A stretch of 64,000 nt of DNA from Dehalococcoidia bacterium (lineage in GTDB: Bacteria; Chloroflexota; Dehalococcoidia; UBA2979), in NCBI GenBank assembly GCA_964291495.2, contig OZ219871.1, positions 1,248,001 through 1,312,000 on the forward strand. Reading direction: 5' to 3'. Position numbers and translations under genes: made by a program. This document shows, in pieces, positions 44,736 to 54,685 of the stretch. The notes under the pieces are model-generated. The model saw only the letters and a list, made by a program, of their open reading frames with translations. It was not told the DNA's origin and searched no databases. The number at the start of each line of letters is the position of its first letter. Within the stretch, counting starts at the first letter, position 1.

Positions 44736-45317
44736 CTACTCTTCGGCCTGTCCGCCCGCGGCGGACCCGGCCTCGCCGCCCCCGACCACCACCTGGGCCG
44801 GTCGCAGCACGTAGTTCTCGATGCGGTAGCCCTCGCGCACGAGGGCGACGACCTGGCCCTCCGGGCCCGGCGCGGACGAGACGGCCTCGTGCACCAGCGG
44901 GTCGAACGCCTCGCCCTCGCCGCCGATCTCCTCGACGCCGGCGCTCGCCAGCATCTCCTTGAACTTGCGCTCCACGAGCCTGATGCCCTCGATCCACTGG
45001 TCCTCGGCGAGCGCGCCGTCGACCGAGGTCAGCGCGCGGCTCAGGTCGTCGAGCGGCGGCAGGCAGCGCGCCATCGTCTGCGCGAGCTGCGCCCGCGCGC
45101 GCTCCGCCCAGCGCTCCTCGGTGCGGCGCCGGTAGTTCTGCAGATCGGCCACCGCGCGCGCGTGGCGCTCGGTCAGCTCCGCGACCTCCGCCTCGAGGGC
45201 GGCGATGCGCTCGGCGTCGCTCGACGCCTCGTCACCAGCCTCCCGGGCGGGCGCGGCGCTGTCCCCGGCGGTGTCTCCTTCAAGAGGCACGTCGTCTTGC
45301 TCCTGGTTGTTCGTCAT
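44736..45317 (-). CDS. grpE: Nucleotide exchange factor GrpE
   Basis: [28 protein letters not shown]. Confidence 0.96.
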   Translation of the reverse strand: MTNNQEQDDVPLEGDTAGDSAAPAREAGDEASSDAERIAALEAEVAELTERHARAVADLQNYRRRTEERWAERARAQLAQTMARCLPPLDDLSRALTSVDGALAEDQWIEGIRLVERKFKEMLASAGVEEIGGEGEAFDPLVHEAVSSAPGPEGQVVALVREGYRIENYVLRPAQVVVGGGEAGSAAGGQAEE

Positions 45318-45346
45318 CGGTGTGTGTGCAACGGGCGGGTGACGCC

Positions 45347-46360
45347 TCAGCCATCGAGTTCGTGCAGCAACTCGGTCATCAGCCGGGCGAAGTAGCGGAC
45401 GCGCGGGATCGTGTGCCCGTATTGCATCCGCGTGGGGCCCAGCACCGCGACGGAGCCGACGGCGCCGCCGGGCTCCCCGAAGGCCGAGATGACCATGGTC
45501 CAGTCGTGCAGCCAGCTCCGCTCGTTCTCATCGCCAATCAGCACGCGCGCGCCGGGGTCCGGGCTCTGCGGCGGTCGCAGCGCACCACGCAGCTCGTACG
45601 CCTCCAGGTGCTCCACCGCGTCCAGCATGCGATCGGTGGTGGAGAACTCCGGCTGCTCCAGGGCCTTCCTGACGCCGTCGATGAACAGCTGCGCCGCGCT
45701 CGCGCCTTCCGCCACGAGGTCGGCGACCTCGATCGATAGGCGGTGATCGTCGTCATCCTCGAACTGCGAGGCGATCGCGCGGATCCGCTCCGGGTCGGAG
45801 AGCGAGAGGCGGTCGTTGAGGCGCGCCGCGCGGGTGAGCAGCTCCGCCTGGTCCTCGTGCTCCGGCACCGCGACGATCCGCTCCTGCACGCTGCCGTCAT
45901 CCAGCACCGCCACCAGCAGCGCGGCGCCGGGCCGCAGGTGCACCAGCTGCGCCTGCCGGAGGTGCGGCACGGGCCGCTGCGGACGCGAGACGACGGCGAC
46001 GTTGCCGACGGCCGCCGCGAGGACCGAGGCGGCGAGCTCGAGCCACTCGTCCAGCCCCGGCGGCACCTGGTAGAACTGGTGCTCGATCGTCCGCCGCTCG
46101 TCCGCGCCGACCGGATCCTCGGCCATCAACTGCTCGACATAGAAGCGGTAGCCCGTATTGGAGGGGACGCGCCCGGCCGAGGTGTAGGGGTGCGTGATGT
46201 ACCCCTCCTGCTCGAGCGCGGCCAACTCGTTCCGCACGGTGGCGGTGGAGACGTCGAGGTTGTGGCGATCGACCAGTGCGCGCGAACTCACCGGCGCAGC
46301 CGTGCCGATATACTCGTCTACGACGAGATTGAGGATGTCCGCCCGGCGCTGAGTGAGCAC
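45347..46360 (-). CDS. hrcA: Heat-inducible transcription repressor HrcA
   Basis: GTG at 46360 after GGAGG; STATVRNELAALE..PYTSAGRVPS..GYRFYV, GPTRMQY. Confidence 0.96.
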   Translation of the reverse strand: MLTQRRADILNLVVDEYIGTAAPVSSRALVDRHNLDVSTATVRNELAALEQEGYITHPYTSAGRVPSNTGYRFYVEQLMAEDPVGADERRTIEHQFYQVPPGLDEWLELAASVLAAAVGNVAVVSRPQRPVPHLRQAQLVHLRPGAALLVAVLDDGSVQERIVAVPEHEDQAELLTRAARLNDRLSLSDPERIRAIASQFEDDDDHRLSIEVADLVAEGASAAQLFIDGVRKALEQPEFSTTDRMLDAVEHLEAYELRGALRPPQSPDPGARVLIGDENERSWLHDWTMVISAFGEPGGAVGSVAVLGPTRMQYGHTIPRVRYFARLMTELLHELDG

Positions 46361-46389
46361 GGGCCCTCCATCCCGACTAACCCCGCGGA

Positions 46390-46416
46390 TTAGCACTCTC
46401 ATGGGGAGAGTGCTAA
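46390..46416. promoter_or_regulatory. CIRCE operator
   Basis: Perfect TTAGCACTC-N9-GAGTGCTAA; TAGAAT -10 on the minus strand at 46425-46430. Confidence 0.97.
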
Positions 46417-46513
46417 CACACAGGATTCTAGCCGCCGGACACCCGACCGGTCAACGCTCGGACGGGCCCGGAAGGCGCACTCGCACGGGATCGAGAGCAG
46501 GAAACGGGAGCGC

Positions 46514-47086
46514 ATGGACCGCGATTCGGACCACCCGGCTGCCGCCCCGACCCAGGCCGGCGATCCCGCCCGCGCGGACGAGGCGCGCGACGCCTTCTCC
46601 GAGCTCTACGAGGCGCACGCCGGCCGCGTCTACCGCTACCTGCTCTCGCGCACCAGCAGCGTGAGCGACGCCGAGGAACTGACCTCGCGCACCTTCACCA
46701 ACGCCTTCGCCAGCCTCGGCAGCTACCGCGGGCGCGGCAAGTTCGAGTCCTGGCTGATGACCATCGCGCACAACCTCCTCGCCAACTGGTACCGCGACCG
46801 CGGCCGCAGACCGCAGTCCGCGCCGCTCGACGAGGCGCTCGCCGTGCCCTCGGACGCGCCGGGGCCGGAGTCGGCGCTCGAGACGCTGGAGGAGACGCAG
46901 CGCGTGCGCCGGGCCACGGCGGCGCTGGCGCCCGACCGCCAGCGCCTGATCACGCTCAAGTACGTCGACGGTCTGACCAACGCCGAGATCGGACGCATCC
47001 TCGGCCGCAGCGAGGGCGCCGTGAAGGCCCTCCACCACCGCACCTTGCGCCAGCTCGCCGAGGCGCTCGCGGCCGAACCGGAGTAG
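46514..47086 (+). CDS. ECF-type RNA polymerase sigma factor
   Basis: DAEELTSRTF, FESWLMTIAHN, region 4 EIGRILGRSEGAVKALHHR. Confidence 0.92.
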   Translation: MDRDSDHPAAAPTQAGDPARADEARDAFSELYEAHAGRVYRYLLSRTSSVSDAEELTSRTFTNAFASLGSYRGRGKFESWLMTIAHNLLANWYRDRGRRPQSAPLDEALAVPSDAPGPESALETLEETQRVRRATAALAPDRQRLITLKYVDGLTNAEIGRILGRSEGAVKALHHRTLRQLAEALAAEPE

Positions 47087-47175
47087 CCCGGGCCGCAGCG
47101 GTTCCCGGCTGCGGGTGTGGCGACAGTCGCCCCCGCTCGCTACGATCACGACACCCCGGAAGGGCTGCGCCCACC

Positions 47176-47823
47176 ATGGACATCAACTGGCTCGGGCACG
47201 CCTGCGTGCGCCTGCGCACGCGGCAGGCGGCCGTGGTCATGGATCCGGCGGGCCGGGAGGCCGGCTTCGACATGGGCCGCCCCACCGCCGACATCGTGAC
47301 GATCAGCCGCCACCACTCCCACCACGGCCACGCCGGCGGCGTGCGCGGCCAGCCGATCATCATCGACGGCCCCGGCGAGTACGAGATCGAGGGCGTGCAG
47401 CTCTTCGGCCTGCCCAGCCCGCTGCCGCGCGACGGCGGGGACACGCAGAGCGAGCGCAACACCGCCTACGTCGTCGAGGCGGAAGGGCTGCACGTCGCAC
47501 ACCTCGGCAGCGGCTGCACGCCGCCGCGCGAGGACGAGGCGGGACTGTTCAGCAACATCGACATCCTGATCGTGCCGATCGGTGGCGACGAGTCGGTCGG
47601 GCCGGAGCGGGCAGCCCGCACGGTGCGCGATCTGGAGCCGACGATCGTGATCCCCGTGGGGTACGACGGACCCGCAGCCGAGGGCGAGCAGCCCCCCGCG
47701 CTGCGCGCCTTCCTCGACGCCACCGGCCTCAGCGGCGGCGAGCCGCTGCCGCGGCTCAGCATCCGCCCCCGCGGGCTCGGCGAGGAGCAGCGCGTCGTGC
47801 TGCTGGAGGCCTCGCGCAGGTAG
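47176..47823 (+). CDS. MBL-fold metallo-hydrolase
   Basis: INWLGHAC, ADIVTISRHHSHH, GPGEYEI, HLG, IVIPV. Confidence 0.85.
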   Translation: MDINWLGHACVRLRTRQAAVVMDPAGREAGFDMGRPTADIVTISRHHSHHGHAGGVRGQPIIIDGPGEYEIEGVQLFGLPSPLPRDGGDTQSERNTAYVVEAEGLHVAHLGSGCTPPREDEAGLFSNIDILIVPIGGDESVGPERAARTVRDLEPTIVIPVGYDGPAAEGEQPPALRAFLDATGLSGGEPLPRLSIRPRGLGEEQRVVLLEASRR

Positions 47824-47838
47824 CGCCTTGGGCGGTCG

Positions 47839-49008
47839 TCAGGGCAGGTAGATCCTCGGGTTGCGGCGCACGCCGTTCAGCTCGACCTCGAAGTGCAGGT
47901 GCGGGCCCGTGGTGCGCCCGGTGAGGCCCGCAAACCCGATAACCTGCCCGGCTTTCACCTCGTCGCCGTTCTCGACGGCGAAGTTGCCCAGGTGAGCGTA
48001 GAGCGTCGTGAACCCGCCGCCGTGCGCGACCTTCACGTAGAGGCCGTACGAGCAGCACCGGTGACCGCCGACGAAGATCACCTTGCCGGCCGCCGCCGTC
48101 TTGATCGGCGTACCGACGGGAGCCCTGATGTCGATCCCGAGCGGGTGGCTGGGACCGAAGTACGAGGTGATGATGTCCCTGGTGGGCCAGATGAAGTCAG
48201 GCGAGATGATGCGCCCGCCAGGGACCAGAATCGTCGCCCCGGCCCGTACGAAACCGTCCCCTGGCAGATCATTCGCCTCGATGATCTCCACCACGTTGGC
48301 TTCGTAGCGCCTGGCGATCTCATGGAGGGTTTCGCCGGTGCGGATTTCGTGGATCATCCCGTCCACGCTCGGCACCCGCAGTACCTCGCCCACGCGCAGC
48401 AAGTCGGGCTCGTAGATGACGTCGAGGTTGTTCCAGAGGATGGACTTGGAGCGGATGCCGAAGCGCTGGGCGATGCCGCTGACCGTGTCGCCCTCGCGCA
48501 CCTCGTAGTGGAAGAACAGCGAGCGCGGCTGCGCCTCCAACTCCAGAGCCACCACCCCGGCCGGCGCCGGAACAGCCACCCGGCGGGCCAACTCCCCGAG
48601 ATCGACATCCGGGAGGGAACCGCTCCGGGTCCGGGGCGCCGTCTCAGCCGGTGCAGGCTCCAGCTCGCTCGCGACCGAGGCGCTGGGCACCAGGGAGCTC
48701 ATGAGCACCGGCCCAGTGGGCGCCGGAGCGGCAGGCTGCTCCCAGGCCGCCGCGCCCGCCATGCCCGGCACCGAGATCTGCGCCGGTCTCAGCACCGGCG
48801 CCTGCGGTGTGGAACTCACAGTGTCAGGGGAACGCCCGACGGCCAGCACGACGAGCAAGATGAGGGCGACCACCGCCGCGCACAGCGCGGGCTGCGTCAG
48901 CGGAAGCCAGGCTGCCTCGCGGCCGGCAAGGCGCCGACGCTGGGCAAACCGGAGTTCGCGCCCGATCGTGGAAGGCGGACGCGGGAGTACGAGGCCGATA
49001 CTGCTGAT
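47839..49008 (-). CDS. LysM-LysM-M23 cell-wall peptidase, paralog 1 (start probably the ATC at 49008)
   Basis: YEVREGDTVSGIA LysM, HPLGID, CCSYG, YAHL, TGPHLHFE. Confidence 0.88.
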   Translation of the reverse strand: MSSIGLVLPRPPSTIGRELRFAQRRRLAGREAAWLPLTQPALCAAVVALILLVVLAVGRSPDTVSSTPQAPVLRPAQISVPGMAGAAAWEQPAAPAPTGPVLMSSLVPSASVASELEPAPAETAPRTRSGSLPDVDLGELARRVAVPAPAGVVALELEAQPRSLFFHYEVREGDTVSGIAQRFGIRSKSILWNNLDVIYEPDLLRVGEVLRVPSVDGMIHEIRTGETLHEIARRYEANVVEIIEANDLPGDGFVRAGATILVPGGRIISPDFIWPTRDIITSYFGPSHPLGIDIRAPVGTPIKTAAAGKVIFVGGHRCCSYGLYVKVAHGGGFTTLYAHLGNFAVENGDEVKAGQVIGFAGLTGRTTGPHLHFEVELNGVRRNPRIYLP

Positions 49009-49105
49009 TCCGCTTCCTCCTCCAGCCGGATGCGGCCACCCCCGCGCTGCGCCACCAGCCATCCGGGAGTGAGGTTGCCCGACAGGCAGGCGGAATCCTA
49101 GCACG
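49009..49105 (-). promoter_or_regulatory. Conserved promoter and structured 5' leader, copy 1
   Basis: TGcTAGGAT extended -10; aligns with 50485-50580; CCGGATG..CATCCGG stem; GGAGGAGG RBS. Confidence 0.55.
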
Positions 49106-49218
49106 GCCCGGCGCACCACTCGTTCCGTCCGAGTGCCATGCCGAGGGCAGGCCGATCCGACGAGCAGTGCGTCGTGGTTCTGGCCGCAGCGGCGCCGTTA
49201 GCGTCTCGGGCGACTCCG

Positions 49219-50484
49219 TCAGGGCAAGTAGATCATCGGGTTGCGGCGCACGCCGTTCAGTTCGACCTCGAAGTGCAGGTGCGGGCCCGTGGTGCGCCCG
49301 GTCAGGCCGGCAAAGCCGAGCACGGTGCCCGCCGTGACCTCGTCGCCGCTCTTCACCGCGAAGCTCGCAAGGTGGGCGTAGAGCGTCGTGAACCCGCCGT
49401 CGTGCTGGACCTCGACGTACAGCCCGTACGAGCAGCAGCGCGTGCCGCCCACGAAGATCACCGTGCCGTCGGCGGCCGCCTTGATCGGCGTGCCGACCGG
49501 CGCCCTGATATCGATACCCAGCGGGTGGCTGGGACCGAAGTACGAGGTGACGGTGTCCCTCGTGGGCCAGATGAAGTTGAACTCCGAACTGGTCGTCGGC
49601 GGCGCCGCGACTGCGCGTGCGGGGGCGGCCGGCGGCGAGGGAGCGGGACGGACCACGGCCGCAGGCCTCGGAACGACTCGCCCGCCGGGCACGAGAATCG
49701 TCGTGTCCGCGTAGATGCTGCCTTCGCCGTCGAGCCGGTTCACCTCGATGATGTCGACGATGTTTGCGTCGTAGCGATCGGCGATCTCGAGCAGTGTCTC
49801 GCCGTAGCGAACGCCGTGGAGGATTCCTCCGACGCTTGGGATCTGGATCTCTTCCCCCACGCTCAGGAAGTCGGCGTCGGGAATGATGTCGATGTTGTTC
49901 CAGAGGATGTAGTTCGCGGTGATGCCGAAGCGTTCGGCAATCCCGCTGACCGTGTCGCCCTCCTGCACCTCGTAGCGGAAGAACAGCGGGCGTGGCTGCG
50001 CCTCGCGCTCCTGGAGCTCGCTCTCGGCCGGCGATGCGCCGGCTCCTCGCAACGCCGCCCTCGCGAGGTCGATCTCGGACGTGGCTCCTGGTTGATCCTG
50101 GGAAGCAGCCGCGGCCGACCGGCCCGCACCGGACGCAGCCGAATTCGCCGGGGCCGGGATGACAAGCGGCGGCTCAATCGCCGTCGGCGCGGACAGCGCC
50201 GGCGCCGCCGGCTGCTCCCAACTCGTCGCCCCGGCCATCCCCGGCAACGAGATCTGCGAGGTTCTCAGCACGGGACTCGGTTGCGTCGACGTCACCGTCT
50301 CCGGGAAGAGCCCGGCGATCAGCACAAGGAACAGCAGGAGGCCGACGAACGCTGCGGGCGCCGCCGGCGGCGTCAGCGGCAGCCACGACTGCCTGGCGGC
50401 GGTGATCCGCCGGCGCTGGGACAACCGGAACTCGCGTCCCGGCATCGGACGCGATCGGAGGAGAACGGATCCGATAGTGCTGAT
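49219..50484 (-). CDS. LysM-LysM-M23 cell-wall peptidase, paralog 2 (start probably the ATC at 50484)
   Basis: Same architecture as paralog 1; M23 domain nearly identical at DNA level. Confidence 0.88.
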   Translation of the reverse strand: MSTIGSVLLRSRPMPGREFRLSQRRRITAARQSWLPLTPPAAPAAFVGLLLFLVLIAGLFPETVTSTQPSPVLRTSQISLPGMAGATSWEQPAAPALSAPTAIEPPLVIPAPANSAASGAGRSAAAASQDQPGATSEIDLARAALRGAGASPAESELQEREAQPRPLFFRYEVQEGDTVSGIAERFGITANYILWNNIDIIPDADFLSVGEEIQIPSVGGILHGVRYGETLLEIADRYDANIVDIIEVNRLDGEGSIYADTTILVPGGRVVPRPAAVVRPAPSPPAAPARAVAAPPTTSSEFNFIWPTRDTVTSYFGPSHPLGIDIRAPVGTPIKAAADGTVIFVGGTRCCSYGLYVEVQHDGGFTTLYAHLASFAVKSGDEVTAGTVLGFAGLTGRTTGPHLHFEVELNGVRRNPMIYLP

Positions 50485-50580
50485 GCGCGCCTCCTTCGGC
50501 CGGAGGCGACCACCCCCAGGGTCGCGCAATCAGACATCCGGGTAGCGATCTACCCGACAGGAAGAAAGATGTTAGCACGA
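50485..50580 (-). promoter_or_regulatory. Conserved promoter and structured 5' leader, copy 2
   Basis: TGcTAACAT extended -10; CGGGTAG/CTACCCG and GCGACC/GGTCGC hairpins; AAGGAGG RBS. Confidence 0.55.
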
Positions 50581-50647
50581 GGCACGCTGGCGGGCCGCAG
50601 CGCAGCGGCGCAGGCGCGGTCGCGAACGCTCCGTCCGCCTCCCGGCG

Positions 50648-52153
<1,506 letters not shown>

Positions 52154-52393
52154 GCGCGTTACACGCCGTCCTGTTCGACGGCTTCCGAACCAGGGGACAA
52201 GTGGACGCTGGTCATTCTACCGCACCAGACCGCAACTTGCACAGTGCGAGGCACAACCTGGCCGCGGCAAGCCCGACGCTCACGGCGAGCCTTCGATCGG
52301 CGCACGGTCCGAACCACATTCGCAGTGCAGATTCTTCCGGAACGGCGTAGCCTGAGCATGCCCGACGCGGCGGGGGACCGGAAGGTCGCCATC

Positions 52394-54151
52394 GTGCACG
52401 AGCATGCACTCGTCGGCGAACTCGCGGTCATCGGCCTCCTGGCCGTCGCAACCGCGCTGGGCCTGCATCGTCTCGGCCTGCCGGCAACCATCGGGTTCCT
52501 GATCACCGGCAGCATCGCGGGCCCACACGGCCTGCACCTCGTCAGCAACACCGACCGCATCATGCAGATCGCCGAGCTCGGCGTGATCCTGCTGCTCTTC
52601 GCGATCGGGCTCGAGTTCTCGCTCTCGCGGCTGCGTTTCATCTGGCGCACCGTGGCGATCGGCGGCTCGCTGCAGGTCGGCGCTACGGCGGCGGCAGCGC
52701 TCGCGATCCTCGCGATTGCCGGCGACAGCATCGAACGAGGCCTCGTCTTCGGGTTCATCGTGGCCCTTTCGAGCACGGTGGTCGTGTTGCGCGTGCTGGC
52801 GGTGCGGGGCGAGCTGGCCGCCCCACACGGCCGCTTCACCGTCGGCGCACTGATCTTCCAGGATCTGCTGATCATTCCTCTCACCCTCCTCGTGCCGGTC
52901 CTCGCCGGCGGAGATGGCAGCCGCTTCCTGCTCGATGCCGGTTGGGCGCTGCTACGCGCCACGCTCTCGATGGCGGTCTTGCTCGGCGTCGCCCGCCTCC
53001 TGATCCCGCGGCTGTTCGCGGCGGTGGACGCCACGCGCACACGCGAGGTGTTCCTGCTCACCGTGATCTCGGTCGCCCTCGGCTCGGCCTGGCTGATGAA
53101 CCAGCTCGGGCTCTCCGTCGCGCTGGGCGCGTTCCTCGCCGGCCTGCTGCTTGCCGACACGGACTACCGGCATCGCGCCACCAGCGACATCATCCCCCTG
53201 CGCGACGTCTTCACGAGCTTCTTCTTCATCTCGCTCGGCATGCTGGTCGACTGGCGGGTGTTTGTGGAGCAACCGCTCCTCGCGATCCTGATCGTGCTTG
53301 GCCTGGTTCCCGGCAAGGCGCTGATCGCCTCGCTCGCGGCAGTCGCGATGCGCTACCCCGCGCAGGCCGCGTGGCGCGCCGGCTTCTACCTCGCCCAGTT
53401 CGGCGAGTTCGGCTATGTGGTCCTGATCCTCGGGGCGAACGAGGGCCTGATCACGTCCGACGAGGTGCGCCTGATCGTCACCACGGGCGTCGTCAGCATC
53501 ATGCTGTCGCGCCTGCTCATGCGCTGGACCGGCGAGATGCACGCGGGCGAGGTGTTGCTCCGGCCACTCGAGCGGCTGCTGCGCGTGCGCGGCATCGACG
53601 AACCGACGCCGCGGGACGCCGAGCTCGCCGGACACGTCATCGTCGCCGGATTCGGCGTCGCCGGCCAACTGCTCTCCCGCACGCTGGCGCAGGTGGGCAT
53701 CCCCTACCTCGTCCTCGAGCTCAACGCCGAAACCGTGCGCGACGCCCGCCTGGTGCACGAGCACGTCTACTACGGCGACGTCACCAGCACGGAAGCCCTG
53801 GAGCACGCGCGGCTTGCCCACGCGCGAGCCCTGGTGCTGCTCATCAACGACCCGCCCGCCGCGCGCAGCGCGATTATCGCCGCCCGGGGGGAGAGCCCCG
53901 ACATCCCGATCCTCGTGCGCACGCGCTACGTCGCCGAGCGCGAGCAGCTACTCGCCCTCGGCGCCAACCAGGTGATCTCCGAGGAGCTCGAGAGCGGCGT
54001 CGAGATGTCCGCCAACGTGCTGCAAGTGCTCGGGCTCGATCCCCCGTCGATCCGCCGCCAAGTCAGCGATGCCCTGACCGACGCCGACGGCGTCGACCTC
54101 AGCGGCGGCAGCGGCGACTGGATCGAGGCGCTGGGCGACCGATCGCGCTAG
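52394..54151 (+). CDS. CPA2 (Kef-type) cation:proton antiporter with TrkA-N domain
   Basis: AELGVILLLFAIGLE, ALSSTVVV, LGAFLAG, AQFGEFGYV, GFGVAG; start 52394 or 52358. Confidence 0.92.
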   Translation: MHEHALVGELAVIGLLAVATALGLHRLGLPATIGFLITGSIAGPHGLHLVSNTDRIMQIAELGVILLLFAIGLEFSLSRLRFIWRTVAIGGSLQVGATAAAALAILAIAGDSIERGLVFGFIVALSSTVVVLRVLAVRGELAAPHGRFTVGALIFQDLLIIPLTLLVPVLAGGDGSRFLLDAGWALLRATLSMAVLLGVARLLIPRLFAAVDATRTREVFLLTVISVALGSAWLMNQLGLSVALGAFLAGLLLADTDYRHRATSDIIPLRDVFTSFFFISLGMLVDWRVFVEQPLLAILIVLGLVPGKALIASLAAVAMRYPAQAAWRAGFYLAQFGEFGYVVLILGANEGLITSDEVRLIVTTGVVSIMLSRLLMRWTGEMHAGEVLLRPLERLLRVRGIDEPTPRDAELAGHVIVAGFGVAGQLLSRTLAQVGIPYLVLELNAETVRDARLVHEHVYYGDVTSTEALEHARLAHARALVLLINDPPAARSAIIAARGESPDIPILVRTRYVAEREQLLALGANQVISEELESGVEMSANVLQVLGLDPPSIRRQVSDALTDADGVDLSGGSGDWIEALGDRSR

Positions 54152-54169
54152 GCGCGACCAGCCCGTCGC

Positions 54170-54637
54170 TCAGAACGGCTTGTAGATCGCGAGCCAGGTC
54201 ATGACCGGCACCGTCAACACCATCAGCGTACCGAAGACCACGGGGACGCGGTCGTTGATCGCGTCCTCGAGCGCCTGGCTCGTCTCGCCTCGCTTCTTCG
54301 CCTGCAGCGCCAGCAGCCGCACCCGTCGCAGTCCCACGCCGAGCAGCGGCAGGAAGATGAAGACGTCGACCGCATAGATCAGCTCGAGCGCCAGCAGCCA
54401 GCCGGTGGTCACGAGGTTGGTGTTCTCCGCGGCCGCCCAGGCGAAACCGGTCAGCCCCGTGGCCAGCAGGCCGGAGAGCAGCCAGCGCGTCTCGTTCTGC
54501 TGCGCCTCGGTCAGCAGCGTTGCGCGAAGGTTGATGTCTGAGGTGCCCCACGCGCGCCAGACGGCGACCATCACGGAGCCGAGGCCGGCCATCATCCAGA
54601 ACAGCGCCAGTATGTGCAGCAGGCGGAAGAAGGTCAT
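54170..54637 (-). CDS. DUF2269-like integral membrane protein
   Basis: FRLLHILA N-terminus, four TM helices, AIYKPF C-terminus. Confidence 0.7.
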   Translation of the reverse strand: MTFFRLLHILALFWMMAGLGSVMVAVWRAWGTSDINLRATLLTEAQQNETRWLLSGLLATGLTGFAWAAAENTNLVTTGWLLALELIYAVDVFIFLPLLGVGLRRVRLLALQAKKRGETSQALEDAINDRVPVVFGTLMVLTVPVMTWLAIYKPF

Positions 54638-54685
54638 CGCGGCTCCGCGATCCGGGCGCGTCCGCCCCGGCTCAGGGCCTCACGC

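Noticed and set aside
47839-49575. DGR template/variable repeat pair
   Set aside because: Both copies are coding paralogs, differences are not adenine-specific, and no reverse transcriptase is present
49009-50580. Known c-di-AMP (ydaO) or c-di-GMP riboswitch
   Set aside because: Consensus elements not recognised by eye; kept only as an unknown motif
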